Origin: Gemmatimonadota bacterium
Lineage (GTDB): Bacteria > JBHIER01 > G020348925
DNA: 64,000 nucleotides
Direction of reading: 5' to 3'
Assembly (NCBI GenBank): GCA_020348925.1
Contig: CP070758.1
Coordinates: 4,045,688 to 4,109,687, forward strand
Under the pieces are notes generated by a model that saw nothing but the letters and a program-made list of their open reading frames with translations, did no database searches and was not told the origin of the DNA. Of this stretch, positions 19,567 to 29,372 are shown piece after piece (positions within the stretch are counted from its first letter, which is position 1; each line of letters opens with the position of its first letter). A program made the position numbers and the translations under genes.

Positions 19567-20691
19567 ATGAAAAGAAAAAATAAGATACTCATCATTGTTC
19601 TTTTCATAGTCATGGTGTCGCTCTTCAATACAGTGCTTTTTTTAAGTCAGATATCATCGGTCCAACCGAATCAATCGGGCTCTGAGGTCATTCCACTGAA
19701 GAACAACTTCATCAAAAAGATTAATATCCATAGTAGTATTGATACATTAACCTGGCGGAAAGAAGGTGCCTCGGAGATCGTGAATTTTCCGTTTTGTGAT
19801 CCCGGTGATTCTTTGTTAGTCTGGCTTCAACCGGTTGCGGCCTGCAGTCTCATTTCAATTCGTTTCAAACCGGTCAACTTTGTGGGGACTGTTATTCTTG
19901 ATATATGGGATGCGAGCCATTACGAACCTCTCATATATTCAACGGACAGCACTGATATGAAAGGACGGTGGGGCACGTTCGAGCCCATCACCTGCGGCTC
20001 GTGTTGGTACCCCGATCTGTCAGATCACTCCCCCCTGGGCTGGAGTGAAACAGATCCTGATCGACATTTCTGGGGTCCGTGTTCCTGTCACGTGACACGA
20101 TCAGATTCGAATTCATGGGTCGATATTCCCGCAACTTCAGCACCACAGGGGAATATAGATATAGGTGAAGATCCTTTCTATATCGGCGGTTGTTTTTTTA
20201 CAACAAGCGGATGTGGCTTTCATACCCAGGAAGACTATCCACGAAACGGGCCGTACAGCTTTTTCAAATTCTACTCAAGTCCCGGAGGCCCTGCTCCTAA
20301 CGATGGATGGTTCCTTCGCTCATATTTTCCCTGGTTTGAAGTCATCGTAAAATACTACGAATCGCCAACCTCCATTCAGAATGATTCTGTTGAGCCTTTA
20401 CCATCACATTTTCGGCTCTTTCAGAATTATCCCAATCCGTTTAATGTAACAACAGACATCAGATATCAGATTGCAGATTATGGATCCCCCTACACCGCCT
20501 CCTTGAAGATCTATAACATTCTTGGACAGACGATAAAAACAATGGTCGACGAGGTGCAGGAAGAAGGCACATATTGTATTCAGTGGGATGCTAAAGACGA
20601 AGATGAAAATGATGTTGGCAGTGGAGTCTATTTCTATCGATTGATGGCAGGGGATTTTGTTGAAACAAGGCGCATGCTTATGCTAAAGTGA
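19567..20691 (+). CDS. Paralogue 2 (short form): W/G-rich domain + CTD
   Basis: Same family domain joined directly to a QNYPNPFN CTD; extra Cys residues. Confidence 0.85.
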   Translation: MKRKNKILIIVLFIVMVSLFNTVLFLSQISSVQPNQSGSEVIPLKNNFIKKINIHSSIDTLTWRKEGASEIVNFPFCDPGDSLLVWLQPVAACSLISIRFKPVNFVGTVILDIWDASHYEPLIYSTDSTDMKGRWGTFEPITCGSCWYPDLSDHSPLGWSETDPDRHFWGPCSCHVTRSDSNSWVDIPATSAPQGNIDIGEDPFYIGGCFFTTSGCGFHTQEDYPRNGPYSFFKFYSSPGGPAPNDGWFLRSYFPWFEVIVKYYESPTSIQNDSVEPLPSHFRLFQNYPNPFNVTTDIRYQIADYGSPYTASLKIYNILGQTIKTMVDEVQEEGTYCIQWDAKDEDENDVGSGVYFYRLMAGDFVETRRMLMLK

Positions 20692-20886
20692 AGACGGCTC
20701 GACAGAGTCTCGCTCTCCCAAACTTACATTCAAGGCCGGGAGGACGAGTGTCCTCACGAGCCCGAATTGAAAACAAGCTTGAGATAAGAATAGTATTGAA
20801 AATGGTAAAAAGGATTCGAACATATGCCAAAAATACCTTTAGGAGGGTAGCCGCTCACCTTTATCACCCAAAAGGAGGTGGTGACG

Positions 20887-23157
20887 ATGAAAAAGGTGGC
20901 GGTTTTGGCAGTGGTCGTGTTGACCTTGTGTATCGGCCATACGGTACCGATACTGGCAGGTCAGAGGACGACCTTGAAACCCGGAGGCTCTTCATCGGAC
21001 GTGAGGCTCATCAAAAAGCCTTTCAAGATGAAGAGTGTGGCTGCCGACCGGTCCAATCTTGTATTGACCCAGCCTACCGGTATCATTGATACGCTCCGCG
21101 CTTACACTGGTATCGGTGGCATCAACTTCGGGTTCGATAATATGGACTCGATGCTCATCTGGTTCCAACCAACGGCGGCTTGCAGCCTTTTGGCCATCCG
21201 ATTTTATGTCCTCGATTGGGAGGGGAACATGCTTCTCGACATCTGGGATGGGAGTCGATACGACGGGCACATCACGACCCAGGACAGCACAGACGCCAAC
21301 GGCTGGATCGGGACTAACGTTCCGGTCATCAGTCCAGGACCGGTGATGGGCCCCAGGTACACTCCCCTCGGCTGGAACGCCACGGACCCGGAGCATCACT
21401 ACTGGGGGCCTTTCCCCTTCACGGTGACGCAGAGCCACGCCGATTCGTGGGTCGAACTGCCGGCCTCCTATGGTATTCAGGGCGAGGTCGACCTGGGACG
21501 TGAACCCTTCTATGTGAGCGCCGTCTTCTACAAGAAAGACGGCTGGGGCTTTCTGTGCGACGACCCAGACTATCTCCCCTACAGTTTCTTTAAGTTTTAC
21601 GCCCAGTGCTGCGGACCGGATGAGACTCACGACGGCTGGTTCATCCGAAGTTTCAGCCCCTGGATTGAGACGATCGTGTGCTACTACGAAAACACGCCCC
21701 CGGATATCTCAGGCACAACCGTACAAAACGACACGTACGGTCCTGGCCCGTTCCCAATTCAAACCGAAATTACGGACCAGGACGCGGAGAATCCGGCCAG
21801 CGCAGGCGTGGCCAGTGCGTATCTGGTATACACTCTCAACACCGTAACCGACAGCACGGCCATGGACGGTCCCTTTGAGGGTGGTACATTTACAGGAACA
21901 ATCCCTGCCCTTGACCTGTGGGATACGGTTACCTACCACATCAGCGCATGTGATCCCCCAGGACTCTGCTCCCGCTCCCAGACGCACACATTCTCACGGA
22001 TCGAGCCTGATCACAAAACAGCCGATCTCCTCCTCATCAACGACGGCATGCAGGTGGACAGCCTCTATACATATTTACTGGACAATCTTGTCTTAGACGA
22101 GGAAGGTAATCTGTATGAATACGAGTACTGGGACGTCGCTGCCCATAACGGCATCGATGCCTCGATCCTTGATCGGGGCTGGGGAACCATCATTGTGGCA
22201 GGCTGGGGTTGTCGCAACACTATGCCCGGTGGAGAGTATTCGCCTCAGGATCTTCTCATCTCCTTTCTCGAAGTGCAAACGTTCTCCTCACCTGACACGC
22301 ACAACATTCTCTATATCGATCAGGATTACTTCTGCGTCCACGAAGAGGAGTACGGCTGTGCCTGGGATCAAGAGATGAGCCCGGGTGAGTTCATGTACGA
22401 CTATTTCGGCGTAGCTTTCGCCATCAGTGACAACCACGGCGCAGATGATGGAGATTACGACAGTGTGGCTGTTGGCATTGAAGGCGATCCTATTACGGCG
22501 GAATTCGTTGATGCGCCCATTAACTTCCGCCCGGATGCTTTGACCGACACCCCGGAGCGCTGGAACTGGCCTGATTGGATCGAAAGCGAAGCACAGGGAG
22601 CGGCTCGCCTCTTTACATATCAAGATAACCGATTTGGGGCTGGTACTCGATACAACGGCGGTCATTTCAAAACTGTCTATATCCCCTGGCAGCTTGATTT
22701 CGCCGTTGACACGCTTGAATCCGGAGACATTGTCCCCCGTGCCGGTGTTGCCCGACTGATTCAAAACGTCCTCTGGTGGTTTGGAACGAAGAATCACACA
22801 CTCGGAACGAATCCATCCGGAGATTCCCACACAATACCCGGGAAATTTGTACTATACCAGAACTCCCCGAATCCGTTCAATTCGACTACAGAGATCAGAT
22901 ATCGGATACCGGATAGTAGATACCATGTCCACACCACCTTGAAGATCTGCAACATCTTGGGACAGGAACTGAAGACGCTCGTCAACGAACCACAAGATCC
23001 AGGATCATACATGGTTTCCTGGGATGGCCGGGCTGACAGTGGTGAAGAGGTGAGCAGCGGTATTTACTTCTGCAGGCTTGAGGTAACTGATGCGGTGAGG
23101 GTGAGACAGAGCCACAACAGTTCTGTCATAACCAGGAGGATGATTCTATTGAGGTAG
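20887..23157 (+). CDS. Paralogue 3 (long form)
   Basis: AGGAGG RBS, MKKVAV signal peptide, family domain, YENTPP-Ig, NILYIDQDYFC domain, CTD. Confidence 0.85.
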   Translation: MKKVAVLAVVVLTLCIGHTVPILAGQRTTLKPGGSSSDVRLIKKPFKMKSVAADRSNLVLTQPTGIIDTLRAYTGIGGINFGFDNMDSMLIWFQPTAACSLLAIRFYVLDWEGNMLLDIWDGSRYDGHITTQDSTDANGWIGTNVPVISPGPVMGPRYTPLGWNATDPEHHYWGPFPFTVTQSHADSWVELPASYGIQGEVDLGREPFYVSAVFYKKDGWGFLCDDPDYLPYSFFKFYAQCCGPDETHDGWFIRSFSPWIETIVCYYENTPPDISGTTVQNDTYGPGPFPIQTEITDQDAENPASAGVASAYLVYTLNTVTDSTAMDGPFEGGTFTGTIPALDLWDTVTYHISACDPPGLCSRSQTHTFSRIEPDHKTADLLLINDGMQVDSLYTYLLDNLVLDEEGNLYEYEYWDVAAHNGIDASILDRGWGTIIVAGWGCRNTMPGGEYSPQDLLISFLEVQTFSSPDTHNILYIDQDYFCVHEEEYGCAWDQEMSPGEFMYDYFGVAFAISDNHGADDGDYDSVAVGIEGDPITAEFVDAPINFRPDALTDTPERWNWPDWIESEAQGAARLFTYQDNRFGAGTRYNGGHFKTVYIPWQLDFAVDTLESGDIVPRAGVARLIQNVLWWFGTKNHTLGTNPSGDSHTIPGKFVLYQNSPNPFNSTTEIRYRIPDSRYHVHTTLKICNILGQELKTLVNEPQDPGSYMVSWDGRADSGEEVSSGIYFCRLEVTDAVRVRQSHNSSVITRRMILLR

Positions 23158-23165
23158 GTATAGAG

Positions 23166-23195
23166 GAGGGGGCAATCCTGCCGGGTTGCCCCCTC
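23166..23195. repeat. GC-rich hairpin, copy 1 (terminator or REP-like)
   Basis: GAGGGGGCAA-TCCTGCCGGG-TTGCCCCCTC; near-identical copy at 24301-24340. Confidence 0.75.
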
Positions 23196-23223
23196 GACAC
23201 CTTTACAATTACGGAGATTAACT

Positions 23224-24300
23224 ATGAAAACGGACAAAGGTCTGAAGCTAATACCAATTGTGGTTTTTCTCTGTACCCTTTCTTCGACTGCGGCTGGTCA
23301 GATTGAGGTGCTTCGACCCGACGCTATTCTCAACCAAGGCGACTATGACACCCTCACCTGGCGCAAACTCTCCGAACCCACGGTGAACTTTGGTCTTGAT
23401 CGTGGGGATTCCTTGGCTGTTTGGTTCAGGCCCCAAGCCGCCTGCAGTCTGATAGCTATTCGATTCTATTCATATGATTATCAAGGTTCATCACTGACTG
23501 ATGTCTGGGACGGCTCACGCTACGACGGCCACATTACGACCACTGATAGTACAGACAGTAACGGCTGGATCGGCAACTTCCAGAATGGCCGATGGGTCCC
23601 TGGACACATCCTCGGCCATTCTCCCGTTGGATGGAGTGATACAGATCTTGAACACCACCTCTGGGGACCTCTTCCGTACACGATTACAGGGGAACATACC
23701 GGACTGTGGATTGAGATTCCCACAGCCTGGGCAATTCAAGGCGAAGTGGATTTGGGCATTAAACCCTTTTTTCTTTCCATTACGTTTTACAGAACAGAGG
23801 GCTGGGGGATAGCCGCAGAGAATGAGGGTACTACTCCGTATCATACATTCAAGTATCAGGCATCGGGAAGCGGTCCTGATGGTCAGCATACAGGATGGTT
23901 TCTTCACAGCGCCTCCGTGTGGATTGAAGCAGTGGTGAAATACTATCATACAACCAATGTTGAAGGGGATGACAATGAAAAACCTCCAAGTGCGTTCATT
24001 CTTTATCAGAATTATCCAAATCCGTTCAATGCGACGACAGATATAAGATATGAGATATCAGATATGAGATCCCCCCACCACACAACTCTCAGAATCTACA
24101 ACATTCTCGGACAGGAGGTGACGACACTCGTCAATGAGCCTCAAAGAACAAGCTCTTACATCGTAACCTGGGATGGACGCGACGACAGTGGAGAGGAAGT
24201 AAGCAGCGGTATCTATTTCTACAGACTTGAGACAAACAATACGACCGAAAAGAACCACACCAGTTCATTCATAACCGGGAGGATGATTTTATTGAGGTAG
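23224..24300 (+). CDS. Paralogue 4 (short form)
   Basis: Signal peptide ending AAG/Q, family domain, CTD. Confidence 0.85.
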   Translation: MKTDKGLKLIPIVVFLCTLSSTAAGQIEVLRPDAILNQGDYDTLTWRKLSEPTVNFGLDRGDSLAVWFRPQAACSLIAIRFYSYDYQGSSLTDVWDGSRYDGHITTTDSTDSNGWIGNFQNGRWVPGHILGHSPVGWSDTDLEHHLWGPLPYTITGEHTGLWIEIPTAWAIQGEVDLGIKPFFLSITFYRTEGWGIAAENEGTTPYHTFKYQASGSGPDGQHTGWFLHSASVWIEAVVKYYHTTNVEGDDNEKPPSAFILYQNYPNPFNATTDIRYEISDMRSPHHTTLRIYNILGQEVTTLVNEPQRTSSYIVTWDGRDDSGEEVSSGIYFYRLETNNTTEKNHTSSFITGRMILLR

Positions 24301-24340
24301 GTATAGAGGGGGGGCAATCCTGCCGGGTTGCCCCCTCTAC
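24301..24340. repeat. GC-rich hairpin, copy 2
   Basis: GTATAGAGGGGGGGCAATCCTGCCGGGTTGCCCCCTCTAC. Confidence 0.75.
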
Positions 24341-24362
24341 AGTTTTAAAACTTGGGAAAGTT

Positions 24363-25820
24363 ATGATGAAAACGCACATAGGATTTAAGCTTACATGTTT
24401 CGTAGTCTTTTTTTATTCACTCACTTCAACTGCGGTTGGTCAGGTTAAAGTCCTTCACCCAGGTGGCACTCAGAGAAGCAGTGGCTGCGAGACACTATCA
24501 TGGCGGACATTACCCGAACCGACCGTCAATTTCTGGGAGGGACATGGCCGTATTGAAGATACTGTGGCAGTTTGGTTTCAGCCCCTGGCGCCATGTTCAC
24601 TGCTCGCCATCAGGTTCTATTCTTACGATTATGAGGGCACATTTCTGTTGAACGTTTGGGATGGTTCACGCTACGACGGCCATATCACGACGACCGACAG
24701 TACAGATAGTAAGGGCTGGATCGGTGATTTTGAGGGTGGTAAGTGGATTCCAGGCCGAGTTATGAAGCGCTCCCCTATCGGCTGGAATAAGGACGATTCT
24801 GCCCGTCATTATTGGGGTTTATTTCCATTTACTGTAACCGGACTCCACACCGGACAATGGATTGAAGTCCCCACTGCCTATGGACTGCAGGGTGAAGTCG
24901 ACCTGGGTAATAAACCCTTTTTCATCTCAATCACGCTGTACCAAACCTGGGGCGGTGGTCTGGCAGGAGAAAATGAGGGCACGACGCCGTACCATACCTT
25001 CAACTTTTTCAGTTATACCACGTGGGGAACCGGTCCTGATGGTGAACATTTCGGATGGTTCATTCACAGCACCTCAGTCTGGATTGAGGCGGTGGTAAAA
25101 TATTACGAGCCTATCCCCGGTCCCTATATAAGCAGTTCAATTGATTACAGCATTGACGATGATGAAATCGGAGAGAGTCAAGGAAACGGGAATGGATTCA
25201 TTGAATATGATGAAATCATCGAATTGTCTCTCAGTCTATCAAATATCGGTAATACTTTGGCCTCAAATGTTACCGGAATTCTCAAGACTCTGAATGAATG
25301 CGCTGCCATCACCGACAGTTTTGCTTCCTTTGGTGACATAGCTGCAGGAGAAACAATCAAGAGCATCGACAACTATGTTTTCTCTGTCTCGAATCTGTGC
25401 TCACCTGGGCCGCCTATCATCAATTTTTCTGTGGAAGTGAATCAAAACGGTCGAGAAGCGCAACACCTTTTCTTCAGCTTGGATATCACATTTATAGATT
25501 CTTTCGAAGAGAATGGGGATTCAAACCCACCAAGTTCATTCCGTCTTTTCCAAAACTACCCAAATCCATTCAATGAAACGACAGATATAAGATATGAGAT
25601 ACCAGATATGAGATCACCTACCCCAACGACCCTTACAATCTATAATATTCTGGGCCAGAAGGTAAAAACTCTGGTCGATGTGTCGCAAGAGGCAGGATCA
25701 TACACAGTCACCTGGGATGGGCGGGATGAGTCCGGCGTGGAGGTTACCAGTGGTGTCTATTTCTGCACAATCGAAGCTGGCAATTTCACGGCAACCAAGA
25801 AGATGCTGCTCCTGAAGTAA
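24363..25820 (+). CDS. Paralogue 5: W/G-rich domain + GNGNG-type Ig domain + CTD
   Basis: Family domain, then IDDD...GNGNGFIE..E...L.N.G...A.NV...FGDIAAG, a module I associate with T9SS cargo; CTD. Confidence 0.85.
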   Translation: MMKTHIGFKLTCFVVFFYSLTSTAVGQVKVLHPGGTQRSSGCETLSWRTLPEPTVNFWEGHGRIEDTVAVWFQPLAPCSLLAIRFYSYDYEGTFLLNVWDGSRYDGHITTTDSTDSKGWIGDFEGGKWIPGRVMKRSPIGWNKDDSARHYWGLFPFTVTGLHTGQWIEVPTAYGLQGEVDLGNKPFFISITLYQTWGGGLAGENEGTTPYHTFNFFSYTTWGTGPDGEHFGWFIHSTSVWIEAVVKYYEPIPGPYISSSIDYSIDDDEIGESQGNGNGFIEYDEIIELSLSLSNIGNTLASNVTGILKTLNECAAITDSFASFGDIAAGETIKSIDNYVFSVSNLCSPGPPIINFSVEVNQNGREAQHLFFSLDITFIDSFEENGDSNPPSSFRLFQNYPNPFNETTDIRYEIPDMRSPTPTTLTIYNILGQKVKTLVDVSQEAGSYTVTWDGRDESGVEVTSGVYFCTIEAGNFTATKKMLLLK

Positions 25821-25846
25821 CATCGTTCAAGAAGGGAATACTGAAT

Positions 25847-27070
25847 ATGCTTGACCATGACAGCACAAACAAGAATCTGAAAATGTATCGAAATTACTTC
25901 ATCATCGGCATAACACTCATTTCACTGGTTCCCATACTTTTCCGCGGCGCAGCGGGCCAGGTTACTCTTATTGGACGATACGATACCCCAGGATGGGCCT
26001 ATAAAGTTGCTGTAAGGGGAAACTACGCATACGTGGCTGATTGGAGTTCCGTGCAGATCATCGATATCTCCGACCCGACCTCGCCTTCCCTGGTAGGAAA
26101 CTATGATGCTCCAAGAGTGTATGCCTACGATGTAGCAGTCTCCGATTCCTATGCGTATGTGGCGAGTGGTTATTCTGGTCTTCTCATTCTTGATATTTCG
26201 AATCCATGCTCCCCGACCCTTGTTGGAAGCGTTGGTACTTCTGATGAGGCTGTTGGTGTGGCAGTACTCGGAGACTATGCCTATGTGGCTTCCAGATTTT
26301 CCGGCCTTCACATCATCGATATATCAAACCCGGCTTCACCTTTCAGAACAGGAAGTTATAGATGTTATATCTCCGCTGTTGCTGTGACCGGCAACTATGC
26401 TTTTTTAGGTGATCGCCCCCATGGACTTACGATCTTGGATATCTCCGACCCAACCTCACCTTCTCTGGTGGTCAGAGGCTTCGGTTCCTGCGGCCACATC
26501 GAGCGTGTAGTCGTCATAGGCGATTATGCGTATGTGGTCGATTTTGGATGCCATCTTCAAATTGTAGATATTTCCAACCTAACCTCCCCATTTTTAGTCG
26601 GTTACCACTCCAACCAACTTGGCGGTGCCTGGGACGTGGCTGTCAAGGATGAATATGCATACGTAGCCTATGGGTACGATACAGGCGGTATTTTGCGAAT
26701 TGTGAACATATCTCATCCGGCTTCACCCACCCTCGTCTGGGAATACGATACCCCTGATTGGGCGTGCGGTGTATGTGTGGATGAAAATTACATTTACTTG
26801 GTCGACAAGCATCTCGGACTAAATATTCTGGAGTTCATATGTGAAGATAACGTAAAGGGAAACGTCAATAACGATTGCGTCGTGGATGCTGCAGACCTCA
26901 TTCGGACAGTGAACATTATTCTGAAGACCGGTCCAGATCCAACGTCGCATGAATTGTGGGCTGCCGATGGCAATGGTCTTCCAGGTAAGTGCGATGGCGA
27001 TGAGGTGATTAATGTGTTAGATATTGTAAAAATTGTAAGATTGATTTTGAATTTGGAGAAATGTCCATAA
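25847..27070 (+). CDS. LVIVD-repeat protein with C-terminal dockerin-like domain, no CTD
   Basis: About 7 V.V.G.YAYVA...GL.I.DISNP.SP.LVG repeats; GNVNNDCVVDAADL and DGDEVINVLDIV EF-hand-like loops; alternative start 25883. Confidence 0.85.
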   Translation: MLDHDSTNKNLKMYRNYFIIGITLISLVPILFRGAAGQVTLIGRYDTPGWAYKVAVRGNYAYVADWSSVQIIDISDPTSPSLVGNYDAPRVYAYDVAVSDSYAYVASGYSGLLILDISNPCSPTLVGSVGTSDEAVGVAVLGDYAYVASRFSGLHIIDISNPASPFRTGSYRCYISAVAVTGNYAFLGDRPHGLTILDISDPTSPSLVVRGFGSCGHIERVVVIGDYAYVVDFGCHLQIVDISNLTSPFLVGYHSNQLGGAWDVAVKDEYAYVAYGYDTGGILRIVNISHPASPTLVWEYDTPDWACGVCVDENYIYLVDKHLGLNILEFICEDNVKGNVNNDCVVDAADLIRTVNIILKTGPDPTSHELWAADGNGLPGKCDGDEVINVLDIVKIVRLILNLEKCP

Positions 27071-27102
27071 TTAACTCCATCCGTATCGAAGGAGGATTAG
27101 CT

Positions 27103-29289
27103 ATGAAGTACCTCGCATGTATTATTAGCCTTCTGGTGTTTTTGAGTACCTTGATAGTCCTATCACATGCACAGCATTCGGAATGGATTATTTACAATGA
27201 GAAAATGGCCGGGATTCCTAATGATGACATTCTATGCCTGCACACCGATAACTTAGGAATCACATGGGTTGGAACCTCAGGGGGCCTGGCTATCTTTAAT
27301 GGCAGAACCTGGTCTGTGTATAATTCGTATAACTCCGAACTCCCTGAGGATCATGTCACCTCTCTGGCCACCGATCGCTACGGGAATCCATGGATTGGGA
27401 CGATGGGAGGAGGACTGGCAATCCTCCGAGGAGTCAGTTGGACGGTTTACAACACATCCAACTCTGGGTTATCCAGTAACGACGTGGAGTCTCTCACCAT
27501 AAGTGAATCGGGTATAGCGTGGATTGGAACATATGGAAAAGGACTGGTCAGATACGACGGTCTGACGTGGACCGTCTATAACAGTTACAATTCCGGACTG
27601 CCGAGCGATTGGATCACGTGCCTGACTATTGATTGTTCTGAGAACCTGTGGATTGGAACCTCAAGCGGCCTGGCTCGATTTGATGGCACAACATGGACCC
27701 TCTATAACACATCCAATTCAGGCCTACCGGCAAACTATATCGAATCGCTGACCTTCGACAGCTCTGGGAATGCATGGATCGGTACGTGGGGAAAGGGCCT
27801 GGCTCTGTTCAACGGAACTTCCTGGAACGTATACAACACGGCGAATTCGGGAATACAGCATAACACAATCTATTGTGTGGCAAAGGACGACTCTGGTGCT
27901 ATTTGGATGGGAACGTGGGGAGGCGGACTGGTCAAATTTGACGACGATACATGGACGAACTACAACACGAAAAACTCGGGGCTGCCCAATGATTTTGTTC
28001 TTACTCTCGCTGTGGACAAAGCCGGAAACATATGGTCAGGAACCTGGGGAAGAGGATTGGTGGAATTCGATGGATCGAACTGGTGGCTCTATAGCACGAG
28101 TACACGACTCCCCAGCGACAACATTTGGGCCCTTGCTCCTACTCCATCGGGAGAGATCTGGATAGGGACAAGAGCCGGATTGGCCAGATTTTATGGAAAG
28201 AATTGGACGGCATACAACGAGGCAAATTCCGGACTTCCCGATGATTTCATCTACTCACTTGCCAGCGATGATTCGTGCGCCGTGTGGATTGGCACACAAG
28301 ATGGTGGATTAGCCAAGTTTGATGGCATGAATTGGAACGTTTACAACAGAGGGAACTCGGAATTGCCTCACAACAACGTCAAAGCCCTTGCCATCGACGG
28401 ATCAGGCGACATTTGGATTGGGACTTGGGGAGGAGGACTGGCCAAATTCGATGGACAGAGCTGGGACGTTTACACCCGTGGGTCCTTCAGTCTTCCAACC
28501 AATTACATCCGCGCCGTAGCCACAGACGAGTCCGGACAGGTTTGGGTTGGGACGAGCTACGGATTAGCTCTCTTTAACGGATCCTATTGGACAACATATT
28601 TCACATCAAATTCACCACTACCATCGGACGAGGTGCTTTCTTTAGTTACGGACCGTTCGGGAGATATATGGATTGGCACATCCGAGGGCGTAGCTACATA
28701 TGATGGCAAAACATGGAGGGTTTACAAAGAAGCCAATTCGAGTACAGCACTCATCAATGTTTACTCCCTTGCGGTCGACAGCACCGGGAATATTTGGATC
28801 GGTACCCAAGGTGGTGTGGCGAAATTTAACGGAACTGATTGGGTGGTTTTCAAAAAGAGCAACTCCGAGTTGCCCAATAACTATGTCTACGCTCTTGCTA
28901 TCGGCGACTCCGGTAAGGTATTCATCGGAACCCCGGGCGGACTGGCGATGTATCGTGAAGGCGGGGTACTTTCCGTGGAGGGATTTAATACAGCTCAGCC
29001 TGCCCAATGTGGTCTCTCTCAAAACTATCCCAATCCCTTCAATATACAGACAGATATTAGATATCAGATATTTGATGGCGGATTCCCCCTACACACTACC
29101 CTTAAAATTTATAACATCCTCGGCCAGGAGGTACGAACATTAGTGGATGAAACGCAGATGCCTGGACAGTACAATGTTTTCTGGGACGGTTTGGATAACA
29201 ATGGTATCCAGATGTCCAGCGGACCCTATTTCTATCGATTACGATCACATTCTTTTTCAGAAACGAAGGGAATGATTTTACTAAAATGA
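27103..29289 (+). CDS. Two-component-regulator-propeller (PorZ-like) repeat protein with CTD
   Basis: About 14 repeats of NSGLP.N.I..LA.D.SG.IWIGT..GLA.FDG..W..YN; CTD; GGAGG RBS. Confidence 0.88.
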   Translation: MKYLACIISLLVFLSTLIVLSHAQHSEWIIYNEKMAGIPNDDILCLHTDNLGITWVGTSGGLAIFNGRTWSVYNSYNSELPEDHVTSLATDRYGNPWIGTMGGGLAILRGVSWTVYNTSNSGLSSNDVESLTISESGIAWIGTYGKGLVRYDGLTWTVYNSYNSGLPSDWITCLTIDCSENLWIGTSSGLARFDGTTWTLYNTSNSGLPANYIESLTFDSSGNAWIGTWGKGLALFNGTSWNVYNTANSGIQHNTIYCVAKDDSGAIWMGTWGGGLVKFDDDTWTNYNTKNSGLPNDFVLTLAVDKAGNIWSGTWGRGLVEFDGSNWWLYSTSTRLPSDNIWALAPTPSGEIWIGTRAGLARFYGKNWTAYNEANSGLPDDFIYSLASDDSCAVWIGTQDGGLAKFDGMNWNVYNRGNSELPHNNVKALAIDGSGDIWIGTWGGGLAKFDGQSWDVYTRGSFSLPTNYIRAVATDESGQVWVGTSYGLALFNGSYWTTYFTSNSPLPSDEVLSLVTDRSGDIWIGTSEGVATYDGKTWRVYKEANSSTALINVYSLAVDSTGNIWIGTQGGVAKFNGTDWVVFKKSNSELPNNYVYALAIGDSGKVFIGTPGGLAMYREGGVLSVEGFNTAQPAQCGLSQNYPNPFNIQTDIRYQIFDGGFPLHTTLKIYNILGQEVRTLVDETQMPGQYNVFWDGLDNNGIQMSSGPYFYRLRSHSFSETKGMILLK

Positions 29290-29372
29290 GTTCTGTTCAC
29301 GTTGGATAATATCGACCGTATTATTCAATAAATTATGATACCAAAAAATACATCGTATCACAGGAGGAAAAG

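Noticed and set aside
20688-21089. 133-aa ORF and the many antisense or alternate-frame ORFs inside long genes
   Set aside because: Shadow ORFs overlapping well-supported genes, with no recognisable motifs.
23166-24340. Hairpin repeats as a CRISPR array
   Set aside because: Only two copies, separated by a whole gene, and no cas genes.
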